Origin: Acidimicrobiia bacterium
GTDB lineage: Bacteria > Actinomycetota > Acidimicrobiia > Spongiisociales > ZC4RG35
DNA length: 64,000 nucleotides
Assembly (NCBI GenBank): GCA_035620735.1
Contig: DASPGH010000131.1
Location: forward strand, 18,218-82,217
Direction of reading: 5' to 3'
The notes below the pieces were generated by a model that was given only the letters and a program-made list of their open reading frames with translations, ran no database searches and was not told the origin of the DNA. Positions 29,140 through 39,454 of this stretch are shown in pieces. Position numbers and translations under genes: made by a program. Every line of letters begins with the position of its first letter. Within the stretch, counting starts at the first letter, position 1.

Positions 29140-30483
29140 TCATCTCTTGCGACGTCTGCCACCGGTGAGGGCATCGAGTGACGGCAGGCCCTTGCCTCCG
29201 GCAAACGTCTTCATCATCTTTTGTGTCTCGGCGAACTGCTTGAGGACCCGATTCACATCCTGGGGCGAAGTGCCCGACCCGGACGCGATTCGGCGTTTGC
29301 GGCTACCGCCGATGATCTTGGGGGCCCGGCGCTCTTCGGGTGTCATCGACTGGATGACGGCCTCCACCTTTTTCAGGTCGCGATCGTCCACCTCGACGTC
29401 ACGTAGAAGCGATCCGGACCCGGGCAGCATAGCAAGGATGTCCTGGAGAGGCCCCATCGACTTCATGGCCTCGAACTGCTCGAGGAAGTCTTCGAGAGTG
29501 AATTCCCCCTTTTGGAGCCGGTTCGCGGCTTTCTCCGCCTTCTCCTGATCGAAGACGGTCTCAGCCTTCTCGATCAGTGTCAGCACATCCCCCATCCCGA
29601 GGATGCGGCTCGCCATGCGCTCGGGGTGGAACGCCTCGAGATCATCCAGACCCTCACCCACGCCGGCGAACTTGACCGGCGCCCCTGTCACCTCGCGCAC
29701 CGAGATTGCGGCTCCTCCCCTGGCGTCGCCGTCAAGCTTGGACAGGACCAGACCGGTCACCCCTATCTGGCTCTGAAACCCCTCGGCGACGTTGACTGCA
29801 TCCTGACCTGTCATGGCGTCGACCACGAGCAACACCTCATCGGCTTCGGCCGCCCTACGCACGGCGGCGAGCTCCTTCATGAGGGCATCGTCGATTTGGA
29901 GACGTCCCGCGGTGTCGATGATCACAACGTCATGCCCGGTCTTCTCTGCCTCCTTGAGTGCAGCCTTGGCCAGCTTGGGAGCCTTTCCTTTGCGGTCGAT
30001 GAGCACCGGGACATCCACTCTCCTACCCAGAGTCTCCAGCTGGTCGATTGCCGCGGGACGCTGCAGGTCGGCAGCGACGAGAAGTGGTTTCTTCCCCCTG
30101 GACTGGAGATGCTTGGCCAGCTTGCCTGCCGTCGTCGTCTTGCCCGAACCTTGCAGGCCCACCATCAGGATCACCAGAGGCGGAGAGGTCTTGACCAGGC
30201 TCGCGGTGTCACTTCCGAGGGTTTTGACCAGCTCCTCATGGACGATCTTGATCACCTGCTGTCCGGGGGTGATCGACTTCGAAACGTCCTCCCCCAGCGC
30301 GCGCTCTTTGACCCGACCGAGAAACGTCTTGACCACAGATACGTTGACGTCGGCTTCGAGGAGGGCCAGACGGACTTCCCGGAGCGCGGCATCCACGTCG
30401 TTCTCGGATAGCTTCCCCTTGCCACGAAGCGCGGAGAAGACCGACTCGAATCTCTCTGTGAGCGTGTCGAACATCGGCCACAT
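29140..30483 (-). CDS. ffh: Signal recognition particle protein Ffh (SRP54)
   Basis: N/G domain (GLQGSGKTTT ... DTAGRL) plus the M-domain. Confidence 0.95.
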   Translation of the reverse strand: MWPMFDTLTERFESVFSALRGKGKLSENDVDAALREVRLALLEADVNVSVVKTFLGRVKERALGEDVSKSITPGQQVIKIVHEELVKTLGSDTASLVKTSPPLVILMVGLQGSGKTTTAGKLAKHLQSRGKKPLLVAADLQRPAAIDQLETLGRRVDVPVLIDRKGKAPKLAKAALKEAEKTGHDVVIIDTAGRLQIDDALMKELAAVRRAAEADEVLLVVDAMTGQDAVNVAEGFQSQIGVTGLVLSKLDGDARGGAAISVREVTGAPVKFAGVGEGLDDLEAFHPERMASRILGMGDVLTLIEKAETVFDQEKAEKAANRLQKGEFTLEDFLEQFEAMKSMGPLQDILAMLPGSGSLLRDVEVDDRDLKKVEAVIQSMTPEERRAPKIIGGSRKRRIASGSGTSPQDVNRVLKQFAETQKMMKTFAGGKGLPSLDALTGGRRRKR

Positions 30484-30544
30484 AGGATATGGCCGATCCG
30501 GAGCTGGAGCGATCTACGGGCGCCCGGATGCTTAATCTGACCAC

Positions 30545-31423
30545 GTGATCCCAAACACGATCGAAGAGCTGAAACGCTCTCTCGACAGCCAGGACTACTT
30601 CGCTGGTGACGACCTCACCGTCGCCATCCACCTCGCCCTCCAGCTGGGGAGACCCTTGTTTCTCGAGGGAGAAGCCGGCGTCGGCAAGACCGAGGTAGCG
30701 AAGGTCCTCGCCTCTCTCGCCGGAGAGGAGCTCATCAGACTCCAGTGCTACGAAGGCCTCGACGTGAATCACGCGCTGTACGAGTGGGACTACGCACTGC
30801 AGATGATGGAGATCAGGCTGCTCGAGGCGCGTGGTGAAGGGGAGAGAGCAACCGCGAAGGACATCATGAGCCGTGAGTTCCTCATCGCCAGACCGCTACT
30901 CCAGGCGATCGAGGCGTCCCGCGGCGGACGTCGCCCCGTGCTCCTCATCGACGAGTTGGACAGGGCGGATGAAGAGTTCGAGGCGTTCCTCCTCGAGCTT
31001 CTGTCTGACTTCCAGGTCTCGATCCCCGAGATCGGAACCATCAAGGCGGAAAACCCCCCGATCGTCGTGCTGACCTCGAATCGCACGCGGGAGATCCACG
31101 ACGCGCTCAAGAGACGTTGCATCTACCACTGGATCGACTATCCCACCCCCGACCTCGAGGCATCGATCGTGTCCCGAAAGGTGCCGGGGATCGAAGAGGA
31201 TCTCGCTTCCAGTCTGGCCACCGCCATGGCCAAGCTCCGTCAGATGGAGCTGTTCAAACCACCCGGGGTCGCCGAGACGCTCGATTGGGCCGAGTCCCTT
31301 CAACTGCTACACGACGGGGAGCTCACCCCGACGATGGTCGAGCGCACGCTCGGCGTGGTGTTGAAGTACAAAGACGACATCGACACCGTCAGGGAATCCG
31401 GGCTCGAATCGCTCGTTGGGTGA
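30545..31423 (+). CDS. coxD: MoxR-family AAA+ ATPase, CoxD-like
   Basis: Walker A (GEAGVGKTE), Walker B (LLIDELDRAD) and the MoxR architecture. It heads the cox cluster. Confidence 0.85.
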   Translation: MIPNTIEELKRSLDSQDYFAGDDLTVAIHLALQLGRPLFLEGEAGVGKTEVAKVLASLAGEELIRLQCYEGLDVNHALYEWDYALQMMEIRLLEARGEGERATAKDIMSREFLIARPLLQAIEASRGGRRPVLLIDELDRADEEFEAFLLELLSDFQVSIPEIGTIKAENPPIVVLTSNRTREIHDALKRRCIYHWIDYPTPDLEASIVSRKVPGIEEDLASSLATAMAKLRQMELFKPPGVAETLDWAESLQLLHDGELTPTMVERTLGVVLKYKDDIDTVRESGLESLVG

Positions 31424-32533
31424 ATGAGAGGGGCTCTCACCGACCTGACCGGTTTCGCCACGGCTCTCCGCCGGCGGGGACTGACGGTCACACCGGACCA
31501 GGTCTCCGACATGGCGCGGGCGCTAACCCTGGTAGATCCGTCCAGACGCTCACAGGTCCGGGCCTCGCTGAGGTCTCTGGCAATCACAGATCCGGACCAG
31601 CGGGGACCCTTCGACGAGGAGTTCGCCCGTTTCTTCGAAGGTCTGCTCGACCCGATGGGTCGGCCCGGGGAGGAGCGAGACTCCACCAGTGGGGCTGCGC
31701 TCAAGCCAGTGGCACGATCACCCGAAGGGCATTCTGAGGAGGAGACCAGCTCTCAGGGAGGGACATCGGCCACGAAGCGGGTTGCCACCAGGGATTTCGC
31801 CGACCTGAGCGATGACGAACTGGCCGAGGCGCGCCGGATGGTCATGGCGATGATGTGGCAACCGAGCGATGTGAGGACGAGGAGGTGGTTCCCCTCACGC
31901 ACCGGCTCCCGACCCGACCTGCGGCGCAGCCTTCGCAGCACGACACGTCCCGAAGGCGATCTCATTCCCATTGTCAGGAGCGCCCGCAGAAAGCGACAAC
32001 GTCCCCTGATCGTCATCGCCGACATCTCGGGCTCGATGGAGAAGTACGCCGACGTGTTCCTGGTGTTCGCCCACGCCGCCCAGAGGCGGATCGATGAGGT
32101 GGAGGTGTTCACCTTCTCCACCGAGCTCACCCGGATAACCGACGACCTGAATCGGCGCAGTGCGCAAGTTGCCCTGGATCGGGTGGCCTCCACGGTTCAT
32201 GACTGGTCCGGGGGAACCAAGATCGGTGATGCATTGGCTACCTGGAATCGTGAATGGAGCCGCCGTCTCACCAGAGGGGGTCCCATCGCCCTCATCCTCT
32301 CCGACGGCTGGGACTGTGGGGACCCTTCAGTTCTCGGCCAGGAGATGGCGAGGTTGGCGCGGACGGTCCATCGAGTGATCTGGCTCAACCCCCTAGCCGC
32401 CCATGCCGGCTATCGACCCGCCACGCGCGGGATGCAGGCCGTCCTCCCCCACATCGACCACCTCCTCCCGGCGGCGAGTGTGGTGGATCTACGCGGGGTG
32501 GTTCGACTTCTCGACTCGATGCAAACGCGGTGA
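31424..32533 (+). CDS. coxE: VWA-domain protein, CoxE-like
   Basis: C-terminal VWA with a MIDAS motif (DISGSM ... SDGWD) and the CoxE-type N-terminus. It abuts coxD. Confidence 0.85.
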   Translation: MRGALTDLTGFATALRRRGLTVTPDQVSDMARALTLVDPSRRSQVRASLRSLAITDPDQRGPFDEEFARFFEGLLDPMGRPGEERDSTSGAALKPVARSPEGHSEEETSSQGGTSATKRVATRDFADLSDDELAEARRMVMAMMWQPSDVRTRRWFPSRTGSRPDLRRSLRSTTRPEGDLIPIVRSARRKRQRPLIVIADISGSMEKYADVFLVFAHAAQRRIDEVEVFTFSTELTRITDDLNRRSAQVALDRVASTVHDWSGGTKIGDALATWNREWSRRLTRGGPIALILSDGWDCGDPSVLGQEMARLARTVHRVIWLNPLAAHAGYRPATRGMQAVLPHIDHLLPAASVVDLRGVVRLLDSMQTR

Positions 32534-32760
32534 GCGGACTGGCGTTCAGTGCCACTGCACAGCGTTCTCGAGACGATCACTGCCCGTAGCTCACACTCTG
32601 CTGTGGCCGCTCCCGCCGTCGCGGTCACGGGCCGGTGTGTATGGTGACCAGCGACACTGTTCAGACGACAGGGTCGAGCGTGAGGAGGTTCCCTGGTGGC
32701 TGTGACCGCTGTTCTTCTCTGGGTCTTCGATGAGGTGCGTCATGTCACCGAGGGTCGGAG

Positions 32761-33024
32761 ATGATCGCCGAGGGCATGGGCTCGATGCGGGGCAACCCCA
32801 AGATCTACGAGCTGATCGAGAACTCGCCAAAAGAGGGAGCAAGCCCAACGATTTGGGCCTGGCCACAGGTGATCGACTACTTCAAAGTGGCCGGCCAGCC
32901 CGTCCAGGGTCCCTGGCCGCCGCATCAAGAGCCCAGACCCGACCCCAGCGATGAGTCGTTGCCGGTCGCAGTGCCCGATCCTCATTCGGCGCGAGAACCG
33001 GGTGACGACGCCAACCCGTACTGA
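32761..33024 (+). CDS. Possible small protein (about 80 aa) between coxE and coxM
   Basis: GC3-rich ORF with weak RBS context and no recognisable family. It could be a non-coding spacer instead. Confidence 0.25.
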   Translation: MIAEGMGSMRGNPKIYELIENSPKEGASPTIWAWPQVIDYFKVAGQPVQGPWPPHQEPRPDPSDESLPVAVPDPHSAREPGDDANPY

Positions 33025-33034
33025 GGAGGCAGCC

Positions 33035-33910
33035 ATGTATCCCGCACGTCTCAGATACGAAGCTCCCCGATCTCTCGAAGAGGCCAGCTCGCTCCTCGCC
33101 GACGGCGGTGGAGAGGCCAAGATCCTCGCCGGGGGCCAAAGCCTCGTCCCGATGCTCAAGCTTCGGTTCGCCTCGCCCGAGATGCTGGTCGACATCAATG
33201 AGCTCCCCGGTCTCGGCTACCACGAGCGTGATGCCGACGGGACGATCCGGGTCGGAGCCTTGTGTCGGCACGCCGACCTGGAGAGGTCGACACTCTTGGC
33301 TCGGCACCAGCCGACGATGATGGCGGTCGCTCCTCTGGTCGCCGATCCCGTGGTCAGGAATCGTGGCACATTGGTGGGATCTCTCTGCCATGCCGACCCA
33401 CAGGGCGACTGGGCGTCGGTGATGATGGCGTTGAATGCATCGGTGGTCGTTCACAGCAATCGGGGAAAGCGGACGATCGCAATGAGAGACCTGGTGAGTG
33501 GTCCCTTTCAGAACACGCTCGCGATCGACGAGGTGGCAGTAGAGGCGGTGGTCCCCGCCCCACAGGGAGTGGCCGAGGGTGGTTACATCAAACTGGAGCG
33601 GCGTGTCGGCGACTTCGCCACCGTCGGCGTCGCCGTCGCAGTCGACCGCGTTGGGGGCAACGTCGTCGCAGCCGGGATCGGGCTCACGGGCGTGGGTGGC
33701 TCGACCATCGCGGCGGATGAGGCCGCCGCGATCCTCACTGGCGGGCCGCTCTCCGCGGAGGCGATCGGTGAGGCGGCCGAGTTGGCCGCTGCCGCGGCCC
33801 ATCCCCACAGCGATCATCGGGGAAGTGCGGAATACAAGAGGCATCTGGTCCGGGTGTTCACCAGACGTCTGCTCACCGGTCTCATGACATCTGGAGAGGA
33901 GGCTGCCTGA
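33035..33910 (+). CDS. coxM: CO dehydrogenase medium (FAD-binding) subunit CoxM
   Basis: FAD-binding PCMH-type domain (ILAGGQSLVPMLKLR ... RNRGTLVGSL). GAGGAGG lies 5 nt before the ATG. Confidence 0.9.
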   Translation: MYPARLRYEAPRSLEEASSLLADGGGEAKILAGGQSLVPMLKLRFASPEMLVDINELPGLGYHERDADGTIRVGALCRHADLERSTLLARHQPTMMAVAPLVADPVVRNRGTLVGSLCHADPQGDWASVMMALNASVVVHSNRGKRTIAMRDLVSGPFQNTLAIDEVAVEAVVPAPQGVAEGGYIKLERRVGDFATVGVAVAVDRVGGNVVAAGIGLTGVGGSTIAADEAAAILTGGPLSAEAIGEAAELAAAAAHPHSDHRGSAEYKRHLVRVFTRRLLTGLMTSGEEAA

Positions 33911-34483
33911 ATGACGAGCCTGTTCGAAGAGATCACTCCAACGCCATCATCTCTCGACGAAGTCCCTGTGCGCAAGGTCACGATCACTGTCAACGGACAG
34001 CAGCGATCGGCGATGGTCGAGCCCCGTCTTCTGCTCGTTCACCTGCTCCGACAGGGATTCGAGCTCACCGGCACCCACATCGGCTGTGACACGACCAACT
34101 GTGGGGCGTGCACGGTTCTGTTCGACGGCAAGCCGATCAAGAGCTGCACGATGTTGGCCGTTCAGGCCGACGGGCACGAGGTGATGACGGTCGAGGGTCT
34201 CGCCGGCCCCAGCGAGCTGCACGCCATCCAGGAGGGTTTCAAAGAGGAGCACGGCCTCCAGTGCGGTTTCTGCACACCCGGGATGATGATGACCTCCAAG
34301 GCACTTCTCGACGAGAATTCGAACCCGACCGAGGACGAGATCCGCTGGGCCTTGGGCGGGAACCTGTGCCGGTGCACCGGCTACCAGAACATCGTGAAAG
34401 CCGTGATGTGGGCGGCGGCGAAGCTCGACGGCGCCGCCGAGGCCTCGGAAGACGAAGACGACGATGCGGAGGTGACGGCGTGA
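33911..34483 (+). CDS. coxS: CO dehydrogenase small (2x[2Fe-2S]) subunit CoxS
   Basis: Two iron-sulfur motifs ([11 protein letters not shown] and CGFCTPG ... CRCTGY). Confidence 0.95.
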   Translation: MTSLFEEITPTPSSLDEVPVRKVTITVNGQQRSAMVEPRLLLVHLLRQGFELTGTHIGCDTTNCGACTVLFDGKPIKSCTMLAVQADGHEVMTVEGLAGPSELHAIQEGFKEEHGLQCGFCTPGMMMTSKALLDENSNPTEDEIRWALGGNLCRCTGYQNIVKAVMWAAAKLDGAAEASEDEDDDAEVTA

Positions 34484-36864
34484 CGGCCCTGGACGAGAGA
34501 AAGATCGGTGGTCTGGGCGCGAGTCGTCGCCGGGTCGAGGACAACCGGTTCATCAGGGGCAAGGGCGGTTATCTCGACGACATCACATTGCCCGGGATGC
34601 TGCACATGGAGATACTTCGCAGCCCCGTGGCCCACGCCAAGATCAACTCGATCGACATATCCAAGGCCATGGGCATGCCCGGAGTCAGGCTGGTTCTCAC
34701 CGGTGAGATGATGGCGGCGCGAAACCTGGCCTGGATGCCAACGCTCTCTTACGACACCCAGGCCGTTCTCGCCACCGACAAGGTTCGATTCCAGGGCCAG
34801 GAGGTGGCGTGTGTGATCGCCGATGACCCCTATACCGCCAAGGATGCCTGTCAAGCCATCGTCGTCGACTACGAGCCGTTGCCCGTCATCATCAACCCGG
34901 AACAGGCTCTCGCCGAGGGCGCCTCGTTGATCCGCGACGACAAGGTGAACCAGCCCGACAACGTGATCTACGACTGGGAGGTGGGCGACAAGGAAGGGAC
35001 CGACCGCGCCTTCGCCGAAGCGGATCTCGTCTCGGAGATCGAACTGCACTACCCCCGCTCTCACCCTTCGCCGATCGAGACCTGCGGCTCCATCGCCGAC
35101 TTCAACCGGGCCACCGAGAAGCTGACCGTCTACATGACGACTCAGGCCCCACACATCATCCGAGCCGCCGTGGCCCTCGTGGCCGAGTTGCCCGAGCAGA
35201 TGATCCGGGTGATATCACCGGACATCGGAGGAGGCTTCGGGAACAAGGTGCCCGTCTATCCGGGTTATGTGGTGTCGATCCTCGCCTCGATCCTCCTCGA
35301 ACGCCCCGTGAAGTGGATCGAAGACCGCACCGGGAACCTGATCTCGACAGGCTTCGCCCGAGACATCTACCTGAAGGGCCAGCTGGCCCTGCGTAGCGAC
35401 GGGAAGATCCTCGGGGTCCGCATGAACACCCTCGCCGACCACGGCGCATTCTTCTCAGACGCCCAACCTTCGAAGTTCAAACTCGGTCTGATCCATTCGG
35501 CGTTCGCCTGCTACGACATTCCCAATGCCCATCTGGTGGCAAAGGGGGTCTACACGAACAAAGCCCCCGGCGGAGTCGCCTATCGCTGCTCGTTCCGGGT
35601 GACGGAGGCGATGTTCTTCCAGGAGCGCATGGTCCAAGCCGCCGCCGACGACCTGGGGATGGACCAAGCCGAGTTCCGGCGGAAGAACCTGGTTCGTGAT
35701 GATGACTTCCCCCACCGCACCCCATTCGGGTTTCTCACCGACTCTGGCCAATACGCCAAGTGCCTCGACGTGGGTCTCGAGGCCATCGGCTATCAAGACT
35801 TCCTGAAAGAGAAGGAGAACGCTGCGAAACGGGGGCGCCGTCTCGGGATCGGGATCTCGGTGATGACCGAGCCTCTCGGCGCAGGGAACAGCCGTGAGTA
35901 CGACATCCTGGGCATAAAGATGTTCGACTCCGCCGAGTTGCGGGTGCACATGACCGGCAAGGCGCTGCTTCGAACCGGGGCACGTTCTCAAGGCCAGGGA
36001 CATGAGACCACATGGGCACAGATCGTCTCCCACGAGCTGGGCATCCCCGCAGAGGACGTGATCGTGGAGGAGGGAGACACCGACACCGCACCCTTCGGGA
36101 TGGGCACATACGCCTCTCGCTCAACGCCGGTCGCCGGCGCCGCGGTCGCCATGGTGTCACGCAAGATAAGGGCCAAGGCCCGCAAACTCGCCGCCCACCT
36201 CCTCGAGATCTCCGAGGAGGACGTCGAATGGGAGCTGGGCCGCTTCTATGTGAGGAGCCAGCCCGACCGTGGGGTGACCATCCAGGAGGCAGCCGCCGCG
36301 GCGTACTCCAACATGCCGGATGGGATGGAGCCGGGGCTGGAGAACACGGCCTATTACGACCCCCCCAACCTCACCTGGCCGTTTGCCTGCTACATCGCCA
36401 CCGTAGAGGTCGACCCCGACACGGGTGTCTGGGACGTGCTACGGGTCGTCGCTGTCGACGACTGTGGGGTGCGGATCAACCCGATGATCGTCGAAGGACA
36501 GATCATGGGGGGTCTCACCGAGGCATACGCCATGGCGAACATGCAGTTCATAACCTTCGACGAGGACGGGAACTGCATAGGCTCCAACTTCACCGATTAC
36601 TTGCTGCCCACGGCGTGGGAGACACCCGGATTCGAGCTCCACGAGGTGGTGACACCCTGCCCCCATCATCCGATCGGGGCCAAGGGCATCGGGGAGTGCG
36701 CCGCCGTCGGCGGGCCTGCCGCCTTCGTCAACGCGGTGATGGATGCCCTGAAAGACACCGGAGTCCGCAACATAGACATGCCCGTCTTCCCCGATCGGGT
36801 CCATCAGGCGATCCAGACAGGCGATGATGTGAGCGGGGCTCCACCGGTGAGAGTGGGAGTATGA
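34480..36864 (+). CDS. coxL: Form I CO dehydrogenase large (Mo-Cu MCD) subunit CoxL
   Basis: GTG start overlaps the coxS stop as GTGA. The form I active-site loop VAYRCSFR is present near 35575-35598. The track ORF (34108..) carries a spurious N-terminal extension. Confidence 0.9.
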   Translation: MTALDERKIGGLGASRRRVEDNRFIRGKGGYLDDITLPGMLHMEILRSPVAHAKINSIDISKAMGMPGVRLVLTGEMMAARNLAWMPTLSYDTQAVLATDKVRFQGQEVACVIADDPYTAKDACQAIVVDYEPLPVIINPEQALAEGASLIRDDKVNQPDNVIYDWEVGDKEGTDRAFAEADLVSEIELHYPRSHPSPIETCGSIADFNRATEKLTVYMTTQAPHIIRAAVALVAELPEQMIRVISPDIGGGFGNKVPVYPGYVVSILASILLERPVKWIEDRTGNLISTGFARDIYLKGQLALRSDGKILGVRMNTLADHGAFFSDAQPSKFKLGLIHSAFACYDIPNAHLVAKGVYTNKAPGGVAYRCSFRVTEAMFFQERMVQAAADDLGMDQAEFRRKNLVRDDDFPHRTPFGFLTDSGQYAKCLDVGLEAIGYQDFLKEKENAAKRGRRLGIGISVMTEPLGAGNSREYDILGIKMFDSAELRVHMTGKALLRTGARSQGQGHETTWAQIVSHELGIPAEDVIVEEGDTDTAPFGMGTYASRSTPVAGAAVAMVSRKIRAKARKLAAHLLEISEEDVEWELGRFYVRSQPDRGVTIQEAAAAAYSNMPDGMEPGLENTAYYDPPNLTWPFACYIATVEVDPDTGVWDVLRVVAVDDCGVRINPMIVEGQIMGGLTEAYAMANMQFITFDEDGNCIGSNFTDYLLPTAWETPGFELHEVVTPCPHHPIGAKGIGECAAVGGPAAFVNAVMDALKDTGVRNIDMPVFPDRVHQAIQTGDDVSGAPPVRVGV

Positions 36865-37817
36865 ATCAATCCCCCGGCGACGGATGGCAGATTCTGGAGA
36901 AGGCGAGCCAGCTCGCCGCACAAGGAGTGCAGCTCGCCCTCGCCACAGTGGTGTGGCGCCAGGCCCCCTCTTCGGGGCATCAGGGGGCCCGGGCAATCAT
37001 CACCGCCGACGGGGAGATTCACGGCTGGATCGGCGGTGCTTGCGCCGAACCGGTTGTGATCCGGGAAGGCCAGCGGGTCATCGCCGAAGGCCACCCTCAG
37101 TTGATCCTGCTCGGTGAGCCGGGCGATTTCGGCCATGTGCCGGAAGGGGTGGTGTCGGTTCCGATGGCATGTCAGTCCGAGGGGGCTCTCGAGCTCTATA
37201 TCGAGCCGGTGCTGTCCACCCCTCGAATGCTGGTCGTGGGTCGGTCCCCCATGGCTACCACCCTCGTCGAGCTGGCCACCGTTCTCGGTTGGCGGGCCGA
37301 TCTGATCGATTCGTCTGATTTCAGGGCCGATCTGGTGGATGGGAATTCGATTGTCATCGTGGCCACACAGGGTCACGACGACGAGGACACCCTGGAAACG
37401 GCGGTGGGCGCGAGCCCCGCCTTCATCGGGCTCGTCGCCTCACAGAGAAGGGGCGAGTCGGTCCTGGGATACCTCGCCGACCGTGGAGTGCCCGAGGAGA
37501 AGCTGCAGCGGGTCAGAGTGCCGGTAGGTATCGACCTTGGTCACACCTCCCACACCGAGATAGCGGTCGCCGTCCTCGCCGAGCTCGTGGCTCTCAAGGC
37601 AAAGGGCGAGTTTGGCCCGACCCCACCCGAGAGAACGGCGGCTCCCGCGCCCGAGACCGCGATCGATCTCGTCTGCGGGATGACTGTCACCGCTGACGAG
37701 ACCGGCCGCCCACTCGAGTACGAGGGGACCACTTACTACTTCTGCGCCCCGGGGTGCCGGGCCGCTTTCGAAAAGGAACCCGAGAAGTTCATCAAGGAGA
37801 CCGTCCGTGCTGATTGA
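36861..37817 (+). CDS. coxF: XdhC/CoxF-family maturation protein fused to a C-terminal YHS/TRASH-like metal-binding domain
   Basis: XdhC N- and C-domains (AIITADGEIHGWIGGACAE ... MLVVGRSPMA) followed by a Cys-rich tail (CGMTVTADETGRPLEYEGTTYYFCAPGCRAAFEKEPEKF). It overlaps the coxL stop as ATGA. Confidence 0.8.
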   Translation: MNQSPGDGWQILEKASQLAAQGVQLALATVVWRQAPSSGHQGARAIITADGEIHGWIGGACAEPVVIREGQRVIAEGHPQLILLGEPGDFGHVPEGVVSVPMACQSEGALELYIEPVLSTPRMLVVGRSPMATTLVELATVLGWRADLIDSSDFRADLVDGNSIVIVATQGHDDEDTLETAVGASPAFIGLVASQRRGESVLGYLADRGVPEEKLQRVRVPVGIDLGHTSHTEIAVAVLAELVALKAKGEFGPTPPERTAAPAPETAIDLVCGMTVTADETGRPLEYEGTTYYFCAPGCRAAFEKEPEKFIKETVRAD

Positions 37818-38391
37818 GAGCTCGATTCACGTACCCCACCCCATCGAGGACGTCTGGAAATTCTGCCAGGACGTGCCACAGGTGGCGGCCTGCCTCCCGG
37901 GGGCCGATCTCAACGAGGAGCTCGGGCCCGACCACTATGCGGGCACAGTGGCCATCAACATGGGCCCGGTGCGACTCAAGTTCGCCGGTGAGGCCAAGGT
38001 GTTGGAGCGGGATGAGGAGAACAAGACCATCGTCATCGATGCCGTGGGCATGGACCAGACCGGCGGCGATCGTGCCAGTCTCGACCTGACCGTGAAGCTG
38101 GCTCCACACGGACGAGGGACAAATCTCGACGTCACCCAGGAGATCCATCTCTCGGGAGCGGCGGCACAGTTCGGGAGAGGCATGATCGGTGACGTCACCC
38201 AGGTGCTGATGATCGACTTCGGGAAGAACATGCAGACCCGGCTCGACGCCTTCGAGCGCGGGATTGCAGCCCACGAGATTCAGGGGAGCCAGAGGGCGAG
38301 TGGTCTGGCCATTGGCCTCAGGGCAGCTTGGATGGCCCTGAAGAGGGTGGCAAGGCGCTTCTTCCTCCCCTACGAGCCAAACCGAGTGTGA
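37807..38391 (+). CDS. coxG: CO dehydrogenase subunit G (SRPBCC family) CoxG
   Basis: 194 aa with CoxG-family similarity (SIHVPHPIEDVWKFCQDVPQVAACLPGA). Confidence 0.85.
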   Translation: MLIESSIHVPHPIEDVWKFCQDVPQVAACLPGADLNEELGPDHYAGTVAINMGPVRLKFAGEAKVLERDEENKTIVIDAVGMDQTGGDRASLDLTVKLAPHGRGTNLDVTQEIHLSGAAAQFGRGMIGDVTQVLMIDFGKNMQTRLDAFERGIAAHEIQGSQRASGLAIGLRAAWMALKRVARRFFLPYEPNRV

Positions 38392-38398
38392 GGAGAGA

Positions 38399-38656
38399 TT
38401 GATGGTCTGGTGGTGGATAGGAAACGCAGTGCTCCTCCTGGTGATCGTGCCGGTGCTCGTGGCGCTGCTCAACAGGGTGTTGGCCGCCCTGGAGCGAATC
38501 AGAAAAGCGTCCGACGAGATACTCGCCGGTGGCGTTCAGCTGATCGGCGAGGTCGACAGAGTCCCCGAGCTCCTGGAAACGACCGACAGGACCATCGCGG
38601 ATGTCTCGAAGGGCGCGGTCAGATATGCCGGCTCCGTGGCGAAGTTGTTGGGTTAG
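38399..38656 (+). CDS. Small single-pass membrane protein, paralog 1 of 5
   Basis: 85 aa with an N-terminal TM helix (WWIGNAVLLLVIVPVLVALL) and a helical tail. First of a tandem paralog array. Confidence 0.5.
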   Translation: MMVWWWIGNAVLLLVIVPVLVALLNRVLAALERIRKASDEILAGGVQLIGEVDRVPELLETTDRTIADVSKGAVRYAGSVAKLLG

Positions 38657-38666
38657 GAGGACGCAA

Positions 38667-38894
38667 ATGCCTGCAGCAGCAGTAGTCACTCTGGTCCTGG
38701 CGGCGTTGATCATCGCCGCCGCGGCGTTGGGGTTGATTCGGGTCATTGGCCACCTCATGGCCACCCTCGACACCCTCAGGGCCCTCACCGGCGGAGTCGA
38801 GGTGGTGGCCGCCAAGACGAGCACGGTCCCGGCAGTGGTCTCGTCGGTCAACGCCAACCTGAAGCCAGTCAGCGATTTCGCCGAGTCGATCTAG
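38667..38894 (+). CDS. Small single-pass membrane protein, paralog 2 of 5
   Basis: 75 aa. AGGAGG lies 6 nt before the ATG. Has a TM helix (VVTLVLAALIIAAAALGLI) and a helical tail. Confidence 0.5.
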   Translation: MPAAAVVTLVLAALIIAAAALGLIRVIGHLMATLDTLRALTGGVEVVAAKTSTVPAVVSSVNANLKPVSDFAESI

Positions 38895-38901
38895 GAGAAG
38901 T

Positions 38902-39165
38902 GTGATGAGCGAACTCTTCGATGGAAACACGAGTTGGCTGGTCGGCTATGTGATCGGTCTGGTCATCGTCCTGGTGGTCGTGGCGCTGGTCGTCCCCATT
39001 CTCGTTCTCGCTCGCAAGATCGGGAATGAGGCGCAGTTGATCGACGACAGTCTGAAGAAGTCGGTGCAAAACACGGCGGCTCTCAACGAGCTGAACGCGA
39101 CAAACACCATGGCGATAAACGTCATCGAGGGCCTCAAGCGCGGCAGACAGCGTCTGGGAGGTTGA
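38902..39165 (+). CDS. Small single-pass membrane protein, paralog 3 of 5
   Basis: 87 aa with a TM helix (WLVGYVIGLVIVLVVVALVVPILVL) and a polar helical tail rich in N, T and Q. Confidence 0.5.
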   Translation: MMSELFDGNTSWLVGYVIGLVIVLVVVALVVPILVLARKIGNEAQLIDDSLKKSVQNTAALNELNATNTMAINVIEGLKRGRQRLGG

Positions 39166-39166
39166 A

Positions 39167-39454
39167 ATGACATTTGCCCTCACAGAGTCGCAGGAGACTC
39201 TCTGGCAGATAGCCAACTGGGCCGGTCTGGCGGTGGTCGTGGCCGTGGCCGCACTCCTCACCGTCCTCGTGCTCTTCGTCCGAACCATCGACCGTCGTGT
39301 CGTCGCGATCAAGGCGACACTCACAGAAGCCGAGGCCAACACCGCGGACGCCGAGTTGCTCGATACCACTTCGGCCGGGGTCGACATGGTTCTCGCCGAA
39401 GGTCTCGAGCATCACCTGTTCCTGGGCAGAGTCCTCGGGAAGGTGCGCTCATGA
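39167..39454 (+). CDS. Small single-pass membrane protein, paralog 4 of 5
   Basis: 95 aa with a TM helix (WAGLAVVVAVAALLTVLVLFV) and a helical tail. Confidence 0.5.
   Translation: MTFALTESQETLWQIANWAGLAVVVAVAALLTVLVLFVRTIDRRVVAIKATLTEAEANTADAELLDTTSAGVDMVLAEGLEHHLFLGRVLGKVRS

Noticed and set aside
32740-33198. 152-aa minus-strand ORF spanning the coxE-coxM gap and the coxM start
   Set aside because: It is antisense to coxM and to the small plus-strand ORF, and has low-complexity composition.
34108-34479. N-terminal 124-codon extension of the coxL track ORF running through coxS
   Set aside because: This extension translates to Arg/Gly-rich sequence in another frame of coxS. The conserved CoxL start is the GTG at 34480, which overlaps the coxS stop.
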